A program made the translations under genes and the position numbers. This document shows positions 49,487-62,096 of a stretch of 64,000 bases of DNA, piece after piece. Source of the stretch: Amoebophrya sp. A120 (Eukaryota; Protista; Dinoflagellata); NCBI GenBank assembly GCA_905178155.1, contig CAJINV010000003.1, positions 3,441,600-3,505,599 of the forward strand, given 5' to 3'. The number at the start of each line of letters is the position of its first letter. The stretch's first letter is position 1. Under the pieces are notes generated by a model, which was not told the DNA's origin, made no database searches, and saw only the letters and a list, made by a program, of their open reading frames with translations.

Positions 49487-50601
49487 CGCGGCTTAGCTAG
49501 TGGACCCTAAGAATTCGTGTGGTGCCTGCGAAAAATGCAGAACAAGCCTCACGACGCCGGTTCGACTTCTTCGCTCTTAACCTTGGTTCTTCTTATTTTG
49601 TGTATCAACATTGCTGCGAGCGGGCCAACCACCCGAACTCAACAGCTAGTACCGGTCTGCTTTATTTGATCACGGACCACGCGAGGGAGCGCGTTCTCGT
49701 TTTTTTGTTTTCAATTCTACCTGGTATCGATCCTGTATCTTCCTTGTCAAACAAGCCCGCCCATCACCATCAGCTAGAAAAGAAACGAAAAACAGTTTTT
49801 GTTATTGCAATTGGAATTGCAAACGCGGCGGAAATCCACCAAATCATTCTCTTTATCTGACGAAGGCAACTACCTGCAGCGGTGCAACCCAACGAGGCGG
49901 AAATTCAGCGACAAATCTGATTCTGACGGGCTACTAGCAATAACTCGTAACGAGCGAAGGCAATATCCACATCGCTCGAAACGGACGCTCACGCTCGGCT
50001 CAGAGTCACACGAAGGAACTTACGCGCTCTCAGCTCACACTGTGGTCGCTCTAAAAAAGAATCGAGTACGAGTGAGAGGTAGAAGACGAACAGACGCTAC
50101 CGATCGCCTGAGGCTGTAAGAAAACCGGTTCGCCCGGCAAAGTTTGCTGACCGCACGAAATCGCAAACTTACGGTTACACTATATTTTTTTTATTTGACC
50201 ACATAGAAGTCGGCATCATTTTACAAGTGCATTTTAATTGTACAGAATTTGCTGGGAGTTGCGTCGTCGTCACGCCGAAGTCAGATTTTTCAACTTGTTC
50301 ATACATACGAGCTTAAAATTTTGGAAACGATTCGAAACAGTTTGTTATCTAAGTAGAAATCGATCGAGGCGACAGCGCTGCTCGTTCGCTTTCACTATTG
50401 TTCATCGGAAGTTTTAAAGTTTTTCAATTAGGAGCGCGTCATCGTGATTCAGTGTGATTCTTTCATTTCATCTTGCTGGTGCTCGTACGCGAAGTTACTG
50501 GTAGAAGAAAACGCTCTAGTGCTGGCGTCGGAAAATCAAAATGCTACAGATGATCGAAAACATATAACATTATCTATTAACATCGATACCTGAAGACGCC
50601 A

Positions 50602-53600
50602 TTAGAAGCGCGTGAAATTTTGTAACTTTCGTTCATGTTGCAGATGTTTTGGGTAGTAGGAGTGCGACGTTGCATTTTTTACATACCTCGTCTGGTTTTT
50701 GTTTGCTGTGCCGGTACTTCTGCTTGCTGTTGCTCCACCTCCGGTAGAATTCAGCTCCGAAGCGGTCCGGGATATTTCCCCCCCGGTTCCTTGCGCGACC
50801 AAGAAATCCTTGCCGCGAACGACCTTCTGGCGCAAAACGTCTTCCGGGGCCCGGTCGCCGAAGGGAGAGGTGGAGGTGGAAAACGGAGTTGTGGATGAAG
50901 CTGCTGTCCAGGTGTTGTTGGAATCCGTCGGCGAAGGTAGACTTCTCCCCAGGTTTGTACGCGCAGCTGTGGCACCATTGGCGCCAGCTTTTTTATTTCC
51001 ACCACTCCGAGCGGTCCTCAAGCTTGGCTTTGAGCTACCAGGGGTCATGGATAAAGATGCTCCTGTGTTCATGTGCTGGGAAGATCGAGACAAAAGCATG
51101 AGCTGCTCCGACAGATCGGCCTGGTGTTGTTCACCGCGGTAGGCGTATCGACTCTTTTTGGGACTTCGACTGTCGACGCTTTTGTTCGACGCTGCGCTCC
51201 TTTGCACCCTGGCTCGCTTCTTGGTCGGGGAACTACCGCGGTGCCCCTCGTTCATCTCGCTGGACATGGAAAATCTCCGCGAGCTACTAGCGAACGGTAC
51301 GACAGGCTTGCCCTTGACCTTGTTTGTTGGTAGTAAAACTTTGAGCTTCGCGTTCGATAAAGACAAGATGAATCATAATATCGGACAAACGAAAGAATAC
51401 AAGCTGGCGGGAGCGGGGTGACAAACTAACTAACATTGAGGATATTCATATTGACAGTTATCGTAATCTAACTGCTGTGTACTATACCGCCTGAGTACCT
51501 GAGTGGACCGTATCTGATTCTTCTCGTAAAGCTCCAGTAGGAGGTCCTGATGGGGATTTAGATCTTCGACGTCGACACTTCCACGTCTACTCCTCGCGGC
51601 CATATTGGGTAACACGGATAGCGTCGCTCGAGTGGTCTGATCCCGGCCAGTCCAGATCTGCTTCTCCCGATGTCGAGGGCCAGTTGGCGTATTGACAGTC
51701 ACTGGCTGCTTCTTCAATTCGTCCACCTCCCCCTTCACATCATCGACTTCTCGTGGCGGAGGCAGTAGGCGGGCGGAAGCAGAACTAGGTGCTGAATCGA
51801 CCAAGACCACAGGATGCCGACTGATGATTCTCGCACGATTCGCGCCGACACCAGTATGACCAAACTCTTGTGGTCGCGCGGTGTCGCTGACAACAGGAGA
51901 TCTTCGAACTCTGTTGTCTAGCAGTGAGGGCGGCACTGGATCTGGTAAATGCAGAATGCCAATGTTGTTGGATTTGCCCTGCGTGAAGCTTTCACCTACC
52001 AACAGCACCGGTTCTACTGTTGGCGCCACTTCACTCCTTTGATCATCCGACGCGGACGAAATGGGAAAGGTTTCGCCCATTTGCGGCGCATCTGCCTTTT
52101 CTACTTGCTGCACCTGTGCACTGCCACCTCGTCTCGAAGACGACGAGGTCGACGACTTCGGATTGCGCGCACCACCGCTGAGCTGTTCGTCCTCTGATGT
52201 CGTGCTCGGGAATGCAGCAACGTACGAGCGCAAATGATCGTGCTCGGTGTGGTCTTGCTCGGATGAGGAACTCTGGTGACTCCCTTCGTCGAAAATCATT
52301 TCTGGGGTGTAAAAGAGCAGCTGCTTCTTGCTTATTTTGTGCGTCGTCACAGTATTCACCGCGTTGTGTTCGGGGGAAGGAGCAACAGCGACAGCCGGGC
52401 TACTTGCGTCCACGAAGGACAGAAACGAATCATTCGCTTGCAGATCGGTCGTGTCCGCGACGAGAACGACTGGATTGTTTCTTGAAGATCCCGTGAATGT
52501 GTCTCGTCCCGGCTCGTCCTCCAAATCTGACTGGTTAACCAGGTCGAGATGCGTTCTCCGCAACACAGCCGCTTCGAAGAAGCCGCGCGGCTGACTAGAA
52601 GACGACGCGGACGCACCTTGGTGCGGTTGTCGTGCCGTAGCCGCTCGACCTTGTGCTGCGTCGGCTCCTCCTCCGGGAAGATCTTCTCCGGGGGTGTTCT
52701 CCAACAGCCCAGGAGTAAAGAACGCAAAGGAAAGGTCTTCCTCGTCGCCTGCGAAGGGATCACGACCGACGGCAGCAACGTTTTTCTTCCCGCTGCCTGG
52801 AGTTGCTTGCTTGTTCCCGCGATCCGCGGCTCCGCGTGCAACAGCAGCAGGGGCGGAAGGGCCAGCGCCAACTTGCGATCGCGATGTAGGACCACTTCGT
52901 GTTGATGTGCCTTTTCGACGATCACGGTACCGATCTAGAAGCACTTCCGTTAAGGAGCTTCCTTTAGACGAGCGCGGGTAATTGTCACCTTGTTCCGGCG
53001 CTTGTGGCACTTGTGCGCGAAGTCGAGATGTAATTGGCGTGCTGGAAAATTTTTTGCTTCGTGCTGACACTACGGAGGCGTTTGTTTCTTCTTTGACGGC
53101 GTTTTTCCCTTTATTTCCTGCTGGAGGTTCGATCTCGACGTCCTCCCTTCCAGGTGGGCTTTCTTGCGACAACATCGAGAACTCGTCCGCGGATAACGCC
53201 GCAGAAAGCGACAGTCCGCCCTTGCTCGTCCTCTCGTCACCCACCTCCCGCGGAGACAGAACGCCGCCCGCCCACTTGTAGCTAGACCTTCTGCCGGGCT
53301 GGAGACGGCAGGACTTCCTCGACATTTTCTCGGTGAGCCGCTCCGTTTTCGTCGCGAAATACACCGAGCGAGACTCGTGGTGGTCTTCGAAATGCCCCAG
53401 CAAAGCGGCGTTCGCACTGCGGCTGCTCACGGTGGACCGCCCGCCCGGACGAAACCCCACCTTTGGCTCGTTCTGGCTCCGGCGCGCAGCCGCGGCGTAT
53501 TGCTGGACACGGGTCTTGCTTTCCTCCACGCTTTCGTCAAACACGACGAAGGCGCTCGCGAAGGTCTCAAGACAGTGCGTAGCGCCAGCGAAGGCGTCAC

Positions 53601-56600
53601 ACCCCGTGTCCTCGTTGTGCGCAGCGACGATAAGGGGCACGTAATCAAACAGGATCAATCGGAATAATTCCACTCTGGTTTTCGGAGGAGAGACCACGCC
53701 AACCATAGAGACACTGCCGCCGGAGATGCGCCGCCTCCGAACGATCAACGGGCGGAACACGGCGGCTTTCAAAGCCTCAAGCGCTACGCGGACAACTTCC
53801 GCATCAGTAGAAGCGGCCGCTCTGCTGGCTCTGCTCATCCGTGTGGGTAGCTTCACCCGTGCGGACGCTCTCGCGGTTCCAGTCGACGACTGCGCCCCTC
53901 CGATGTTCAATACCGCTGGCACCATCTTCCTGCGCGGAGGAGAGGGCGAACGGGAAGAGGAAAAACTGGAGATCGCATCGGCAAAGATGGGTGTTTTGGC
54001 CGTCCCACTCGTAATTTCTGAAGCTTGAGAAGATGAAAGAGTCTGGACCAGCGCCCACAAAAAGGTTCGGAACTGCAAGGCCGCATTGGCGCGTTCGCTG
54101 TCGCCGATTTGTCTCTCGAGATCGTTCAACAGAAACTGGACGTAGCTTCGCTCTTCCGCAATCCAGGATAGCTCCAGCTCCTTGGGAGTCTTCGAATTGA
54201 TCGGCGGCACTACCGCAGACGGCCTCTCTACTTTCTCCGAGTCTTGTTCAGTGGCTTGTTCCAGTGGTGGCACGGGTGAGCCGATTCGGCTTCCTCCAGC
54301 ACTCCGGCCAGGAGATGGAACTACAGTGGTGCGCTTGATGTAGTGACTGGTCGTGTGGCGGGCGTAACTCGGAGACCTCTGTTCTGCCTCGTGGTCGGAG
54401 TGCAGTCGTGAGACTTGCTCTCGCGGCCCGGGCTCCTTCTTCGTTTCCTGAATGCGAGGAACCTGCTGCGGGGAATCTTCTTCCTCAATCACACTCGCTC
54501 TCGAGCGTCGCCTTTGCGGTGCCGGTGAGTTCGATGTGGACAGGCGCCCGGGGGCGTTTAAAAGGTCGTACCGGTGCCAAGCGCGCCGTGACCGCCGCAG
54601 GTACACGTCCACTGCGGAAGCGCGCAAGTCCTCACAGATTTGTGTGCTTTCCGACCTGAGATAGTCGCTGCGCAGAAAGCTTTGGTCATACTCGTCGACT
54701 GGTGATGTAGTTCCTGCAGCGCTCTTCTTCTTCCTTTGCTTCGTACTGGTATCCGAGCCTCCCCCTTCCTTAACAAATTTACTGATGTCTTCAATGACGC
54801 AATCAAACACCCCTGCAAGTCGCTCTACCGCAATCAATCTGGCCTGCAGCCGAGCCGTCTCGCGTCTCCGGATTGCGTCCTTCTTGCTGGCCCGTCGCGG
54901 GCTCTGTAGACACAAGAGCGCGGTGCTGTCGAGATTTTCTGCTGGTCTCGCGCTGTTGCCGGTCGGAGATACCACATCGGTCACTCCTTGTTGTTCTTTC
55001 CCTCGTTCAGTAGCTGCGGCTGAGCCTGATGCTCCAGACTGTTGAACAAAGTTCTCCAGAAACTTGCTGTTCCCGCCAAAGAGCGACGCCGTGTTGGAGC
55101 GATCTTCACCTACTTCCTGCAGTTCGCTGCTGAGATCCAAGACGGAATTTCGCATCGAAAATAACCCATTTTTCGCACCACCACCTACAGGCAGCACCAG
55201 AGTAGACCCGGATGAAGACAACGCACTTGCGGCGCCCGATGTTGACAGAACCGTCTTGGTGTGGTCGCAGTAAAGCTGCAGCAGCCCATCGACCAGTTTT
55301 TTGGCTTCCAAATCGATCACAGCATTCGCTTTCTCGGAACTCGCGAGGATTCGTGCTTGGGAGTACTTTTGCCCCGACAGCGATTCCTGCAGCAGATCCT
55401 TCCAAAGCTGCTTCGAACCCTCGACGACTTGTATCATTTGCAGAATGCCGACAAGCGTGCCCTGGTGCTCTGTGCTATCCGAAGAAGCGAAGATTTTCTC
55501 CAGACGCACCAATTGCGCATCAAAATATGCGTTCCCGGCTCTACTTTCATGTGGTTCTTCTACTTTGCTTTTCATACTCGATCGCCATCTGTCCATTTTC
55601 CCCTGCACCGCCTCACAGCTTTCGTTCAAGACTTCGAGCGTTGCGGCTGTAGACCACGTCCTGGAGCGACTACTGGAACTTCTGTGCTTGTTTGTACTAC
55701 TGGCCCGGATCGCCTTTCCACAATCTGCCAGATCTTTCTGTGCCGCAACGAGGAAACGAGCAATGGTTTCCATTTTCCCGACCACCGTCTTCTCGTGCTC
55801 CAGCTGCTTCCGATCGCCAAACGCCACTGCTTGGTCCCGAAGCAACTCGGACACTATTGCTTCAGACGCCTCCTGCCGCTGGTCTGCCACCGCCTCTGCG
55901 ATTGAGTAGTTCGGCAGCAGGTTTACATCTGACGTATCCAGGTCGCTCTCAATCGGCACTTCTTGCTTACGGGCAGCGGCGGTAAGTTTCGCGAGCAAGA
56001 TATTTGTTCCTTGTTGACTATCCTGATCGCTCTCGTCCTCGACTTGTTCCACAATCCTTGCCGGTGCCTTGTGCGCGGCCGTAGCTGCAACATCCTCGAC
56101 AGGTTTGTTGTCGCGTTCTTTCTGTCCGCCCGGTGAGCTAGCACTTTTCTTCGAGGCGGACGAACTCGTTTTGCTGGAACTTGAGGGAGTAGTACTCGCG
56201 CGCCTGGGCAACTTGACAGCGCCCGAAGACCGACGACTTTTCTTGCTGCTCTCCTCGTCGGTCCTCTTCTTGCTTTCCGCAGCAAGTGCCAGCGCCACGT
56301 CCTCCTCCGTGGCCTGGATTGGTGAGAACAACCCGAGCTCCTCCGCGACGTTCATTCCGCTCTGCAGCGGTAGGTCCTCCGGGTAGTTGTCCTCTTTCAT
56401 GGTGGTCCCTGACTCGTCCTCCGGTATGCCTTCTTCTACCGGTAGCTTGCTGCCGACATGATCGTCCTCTTTTGCCTCTGCAAGAACAGAAGGAGCCACA
56501 CTATCTTTATTTGCTCCCGCTGTGGGCGGTCTATTTCTCTCCACCTCGACGTCCTTCTTGCTAAATCTGCTCTCTTCCCCTGAAGAAAGCTCTTTCAAGT

Positions 56601-58896
56601 ATCCTGACTGCCCATCGGGTAAGGCAGGGAAAGCAACCGCCGCGCTCAAGTTGAAGGCCTCCTCGTCTAAAAGTGGCGGAATCGAAGACTGCAGGCGAAA
56701 CCCCGTCAACACTTGTTCCTCTTCTTCATTCGACGAAGCCGATTTTCCCTGCGGCCCAGGCACGGGTAGATCGGCGTCAGAGTTCTCGTCGCCGTCCACC
56801 TGAAAAAAACAGTATTTAAACTGTGACGTCGACGGAAGCATCAACGAAATTCACTTGTTTTACAGTTCATTGTAAGCAAATAGCACGCTACGATTGTGGC
56901 ACCTCAAAAAAAGTTGAAGGACCTCGTCGGCTCGACGCTTTTTTCCACCGTGCTTCGCATGTCCAGAGGAAAGGCTCACCTTTTTCTTCTTTTGCTTCTC
57001 TCCCAGCTTGTTCTCACGTTCTGCCCGGCGTCGTTCCATAAGCAACGCAGTGTGATCTGAAAAAGTCGCGTCTTTTTGCAACTCGGCGGTGAAAGCTTTC
57101 GACTTGAAGAGCAAACTTTTCTGCATCGTTCCGTCCGACGCGTTGGTGATGGCGTCTATGTATTTTGGATTGACCAAAAACTCCTTCGCTTCTTGTGCGT
57201 GTTCCGGGAAGCGTCCCAGCTCTTGGATTCTGCACACAAGCGACAGTGCCTCGAAAAAGTGTATTCTGCGATGTTGTTGTGCCTTCACCTTGTTACTTCT
57301 ACCCAAAACGGTTCCGCTTCCGGTATTTGTTGCGTCCGAGTAGAAAATGGCGGGAATCTGTGGCTTGTTTTTCCGGGAAGTACTAGCAGCCGCGCCGTCT
57401 TCTTGACTCGAAGTCGCCGAGCTTTCAGAAGATTTCGGCTTTGGCAATGGCACGGGAACATGAACGGCAGGCACCAGATCATCGGGAAGTATGCTGGGGA
57501 CTACTTCTACCACCGGCGCATGCTGATTTTTCTTGTTCACCGTTTCTACTTCAGAAGACCTCGTCCCCACTACTGTCGCGTCTTCTGGTTCATCTGGGGG
57601 AAGCGAATATGCCGCTACCGCTTGATCGTACGGGTGATCTACGTCGGCCGACATGTACTCTGCACAGAGACCTTCCGTGATTGTCACTTCCTGCTGAGGA
57701 CCGCTGTTCTCCTCGTCGTCGCCCTCCTCGTTCAGGTAAATGCCGTAGTCAATCTCGGACAGAAAGTCACAAAGCTTGGCGGGTGTTTCTAGAAACATGC
57801 TCATCTTCTTCGAAGGTACCGACGTTTTGCTTCGACCCGCATGCTGGACACCTTCATCATGATGATCCGACGTGTTTGAGGCCACGATCTCGTGAAACAT
57901 TTCCAGCAGGCTTCCACAAATCTCCTTGTCATAAATCTGGAGGATGTTCTTCGGAATGTAGCGGAGTGCCAGAAAGTCGTTCTCGTCGGAAGTCGGCGGG
58001 TCCTCGGCAACCTGCACTTTCGCAAGAAATGAATGCTGGAGGTCTTCGTCGTAGTGGTCGGGTTGCGCAGCAGGATGCTCTTCGTAGTCAACATGGTCCA
58101 ACACAACCTCATCAACGTGGACAACTGCATTGTTTTTGGTACTCTTGTCCAGTTCACTCTCGTGCAGCAACTCTTCGTGATCGTAGTGCAAATCTCCTTC
58201 GTAGGACGACTTCGACTCTCGACCACCTGGTTGATGTGGCTCAACTACGGCCGCTTGCTCTCCCGTGAATATTCCCTCATCGTCTCTTTCTTTATTCGCA
58301 CCACTAGAAGAAAGCTCTGGATCCTTCCCTTTGCTTGCGCTCGAGCTTTTTTTATCTGGTGCAGCAGCGACGTCGATTTTGGGGTTGCGAAGAGATGTTG
58401 GCTCCTCTATCGTAGTCTCGGTCACTTCTTCGTCTTTTCGCCGTGCTGTATCTTTTTGCTTTTTCCGCGCCTTTTTTTTGTGGCCATCATGCTCCGAGGG
58501 GTAGCCCTCGTCCTCCAGCTCGCTCTCGTCTCGTCCACCTTTCGCGTGTGACGACGATGACGAGGAAGCTTTGTGTTTGTGCCCGGTGCTTTCATGCTGC
58601 TGCTCTAATATCTTCGTCTCTTTCTCTTTCTGGTGTTGTTCCTGTCTCGTCTCTTTGTGTCCTGTGTGTCCTCGACTATCATGTTTAGCTTTCTCTGGTT
58701 TCTTGGGCGACCTGCTCTCTTCGCGCTGTTTTGCTCTTACCTCCTCGGCCTCCTCTCGCTTGCGGTCGACGTCGGGTGCGCGCGCGGTGTCTTCGCTGAC
58801 TTCAGCCAATTTCGCATCCTCAGCAACCGCGGATGTGCCTGCCGCTTTTGTGCCATTTTTGGCAGCAGAAGTGGGCTTCGTGACACAGCACCCCAT
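50602..58896 (-). CDS. Giant hypothetical protein (about 2,660 aa, probably 3 exons) with N-terminal dual-acylation motif MGCC
   Basis: ORFs join via phase-0 GT-AG introns 56922-56800 (GAG|GTCCTT...TTTTTCAG|GTG) and 51498-51319 (CAG|GTACTC...AACAAG|GTC; this acceptor is less certain). Starts MGCCVTK. Confidence 0.65.
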
Positions 58897-59161
58897 CTTA
58901 GTACCCGTCTCCCTCTGTTTCTGTTTGTTAGTGCCAATACAAAGAAGTGAGGCAACTACAGGTACCAGGGCGAGAGCATTGCTCTATCATGTCTGATAAA
59001 CAAACCCATGTCAACATCGATACTGATCAAATTGAGCGCTGCCGGTTGCACTGCATCTTGGGTTTTCCTTCTCTTCGATGCTAACTTTTCGCTCATGTAT
59101 TTCTAGCAACCAAGAACTTGATAGATCTTTTCTCTCTTTGAGCACTGTCCAGCGGGTGTGC

Positions 59162-59177
59162 CACACACACACACACA
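59162..59177. repeat. (CA)8 microsatellite
   Basis: Directly visible. Confidence 0.8.
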
Positions 59178-59323
59178 GACAAGCACAACTGAAAAAACAC
59201 GAGAAACCCTCTGGGGAAGGTTCACACAAAGGAACACCAAATCGTAATGCACGGGCTCGATACGGGATTCCCTTTGCAGTGGAGTTAAACGCCTTTCTCT
59301 TCGTTCAGGATTTTTACTAGTAG

Positions 59324-60832
59324 TTACGCAATAGCAGTAGCACTTGTTGGACTTAGGGTCATCCTAGCACGTTGCTTTCCGATCCCTTTGGTGATGGCGT
59401 GACGACGACTGGCAACGTAATCGGTAAAACTTACGTCAAGCGCTGCGCTTTTCGCTATCACTTGATACGGAAACTCGACAAATTTTTGAAGCGTCCATTT
59501 CGCACCCGGAGATATTACAGGCCCAGACTGCCGAGCTAGTGGGGAACTGCTTCTGGCTCTGGATATTGACCGGTTCACTTGTTCATCTTCTGCACACGCC
59601 ACGCCACTCAGAGGCAAACCTCCCGTCTCTCGCGCAAACACGTCAGCACCACCGTGCCAGCTTCGGTGATCGGGATCTGGGATGTCATTCGTTGCGTTCG
59701 CACGGCACCCGTCGTTTTGTGTGCTTCGAGACGAAGACGCCAGCCTCGAAAAAAAGATCAAGCACCGACCTTTCTTTGGCTCGACAGCGAAACCGCCCGA
59801 ATTTCTCGTGCGGAATAGTAGATCCGGTGACGCTCTACGTGCTCCTGTGGACACGACACCAGCGTCCTTCTCATCAGAGCCGTGCTCCGAGCGAGATGGA
59901 GACATCGCCCTTGTTTCTTTCAGCAAACGCACGGCCTCGCTTTCAACGTCGAAGGCTGCGGCCCTCAGGTCCGGGCAATCGCCGCGACTGGCATTTCCCG
60001 TGTGGCACGCATTTCGCTCAGTCAACAACCGCAACGAGGAGTCGAGAGTAGGCGAAGTTGACAACAGCGTTCGCGTTCGTGTCGTCACGTGGCCCTGTGT
60101 TCGCCGGATCAGGTCGCTCTGGCTCCTAGTCAAAGATGGCAACCGGTGCTTCAGATGAAGAGGATCTCCCTTTGGATTTGAGCTCTTGCAGTTCTTGTCC
60201 ACGACACTCCGGCTCGTCGGCGACGCTGTCCTACTTTTGTTGACGGCGCTAGTGAGAGGCAGCGCACCCGGAAACACGGTTTCGCCGCCCACGAAATCGT
60301 CCGATAGGTACACGAGAACTGTAACATAACGGTAGAAGCGATTATTCAGATCGATGTGCAAGCCCAAACTCATCTTGTGAGCATCGTCTTCAACCGTTGA
60401 ACTTCTGGCAGGACTTCCTGAACTTGCGGGTGTCACGTGGCACTGCCAGACGTCATGTTGCGGAAACGCTTCGCGCAACAGCGCCAGAGCGCTGCGGTTT
60501 CCGCTTGTTCCCGCGTCATCTTCTTGTACCGAGGACTTCGTTTCCTCGAATAACAATCTAGCGAGGCACTGGTCCAGCCGGTTCAACAATCCCGTCGGGT
60601 CCTCTGTGGAAAGGTCGGTTCGCAGCTTCGCAGTGTTCCCCGCGAGGCTTTTACAGTCAAACCGCGCTTCCTGGTTGATTACGTGGTCACACTCCAAAGG
60701 TGTCAGAAAATCATCGGCGACGAAGGCCAAAGGCTCTGCCGATAGCTGCTTCCAAAGGCATGATCTTTCATCAACTGTAGGTAGTCTGGACATGGGGGGT
60801 GAAGCAGCAGGTACAGGCTCGTGGGTTTCCAT
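59324..60832 (-). CDS. Prolyl 4-hydroxylase-like 2OG-Fe(II) dioxygenase
   Basis: QLSAEPLAFVADDFLTPLECDHVI; HID (HxD); RYVTVLVYLSDDFVGGETVFP; VEPKKGRCLIFF; RSWHGGADV (distal His); GAKWTLQKF (2OG-binding Lys). First ATG at 60832; the ORF track start at 61057 is non-ATG. Confidence 0.85.
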   Translation of the reverse strand: METHEPVPAASPPMSRLPTVDERSCLWKQLSAEPLAFVADDFLTPLECDHVINQEARFDCKSLAGNTAKLRTDLSTEDPTGLLNRLDQCLARLLFEETKSSVQEDDAGTSGNRSALALLREAFPQHDVWQCHVTPASSGSPARSSTVEDDAHKMSLGLHIDLNNRFYRYVTVLVYLSDDFVGGETVFPGALPLTSAVNKSRTASPTSRSVVDKNCKSSNPKGDPLHLKHRLPSLTRSQSDLIRRTQGHVTTRTRTLLSTSPTLDSSLRLLTERNACHTGNASRGDCPDLRAAAFDVESEAVRLLKETRAMSPSRSEHGSDEKDAGVVSTGARRASPDLLFRTRNSGGFAVEPKKGRCLIFFSRLASSSRSTQNDGCRANATNDIPDPDHRSWHGGADVFARETGGLPLSGVACAEDEQVNRSISRARSSSPLARQSGPVISPGAKWTLQKFVEFPYQVIAKSAALDVSFTDYVASRRHAITKGIGKQRARMTLSPTSATAIA

Positions 60833-62096
60833 ATGACCGTCTGCTTGTGGCCTTGTTAAACATTTGAAATGATAGTGACGTGAGGTGGATGTAGAGAACT
60901 TCAGGGTCGCGAAAAGAAAAAGTGAAAGTAGAATGAGTCCTACATATACGGGTACCACGGCCGCATGGTGACACAAAATGTAGGATCGTAGAAGTCTACG
61001 GGTACGGTGCCAGTGCCTCTCCTGCTGGTACAAAACCAAAAGTTGAAACAGAAACACTTTCGGTAACTCATCTACACCTTGAAAAAGTTAACATACTTAC
61101 TAGGTCGAGGTTTCTTCGCGACGTTTCTAAGCATAAAGAGCTAAGTACCTCCACCACGATTGAGCGAACGAAGGCAGGGGAGCCGTTTAATTGTACGACT
61201 TTTACCACAAGAGAAGAACGGACTTCTACGAGCAAAGGACTTATTCAAAACATAAGATTGAACGACAAGAAGACGATCATTGTAGCGCGTTGAGTGACTG
61301 TTCTTCTAGCCAAAGCCGATGAATGCGCACCAATGCCAATCGTTATCTTTGTTTGGACAAGACTGGTGGATGAAACCGACTCCGACTTACTTTGTCATTC
61401 CAATTTCGCGATTTCTGCACGTGTACCGGAAATAGGTCACGCGGCCGATTTTGCGTTGGCGCAACTCGTCTGCCAAAACGATGCCGCAGAGGCAAAGTCA
61501 AAAAGCATAGTAGAGCACAACAAGCGGCAACGTAAGCAAAAGAAAAGTCCAAATCCCATTCCGTATGGAAATAGGCGCTGAGCGGCCAAAAATGCGCTTT
61601 CTATCTGTTGCAATGGTTCATTTGAAAGTAATTGAGTCTCGTCATGACCTTCTGTTCTTTCAATCGGGGCAATGACGAATTCCTGTATTCTCGAAATGTG
61701 TGGGCGGAAAGTCGAAGTGCAGTCGGAAACGAAAACGAATAGACGTGTTCAGAAGAACCAAGTTGTGGAACTGGTGGTACAAAAATGAAAAGGCGGGGAG
61801 CGTTTAATACAGTGCAAGTGCTCGACCCGAAGAGAGGCCACGAACTCTGCACTCTTATTTCACGCTGAAAAAAATATGCACATGCAGTGTTAGATGGGGG
61901 GGAAGTAGAAATAGAATTTGCATTAAGAGGTCGACACTCTTGCGTTGCTGGGAAAATGTAGTGGTCCCGCTCAGAAGGCCTTGCTGCTGCAGCAAGAAAG
62001 AATTCACCGCCAGCGAGGAAGCTTCAGCGCTGGAAAACATACAGCAGGGTTAGGTACGCTGTCAGCGGCCTACTGAAAGGTTGTACATCTTCCTAC

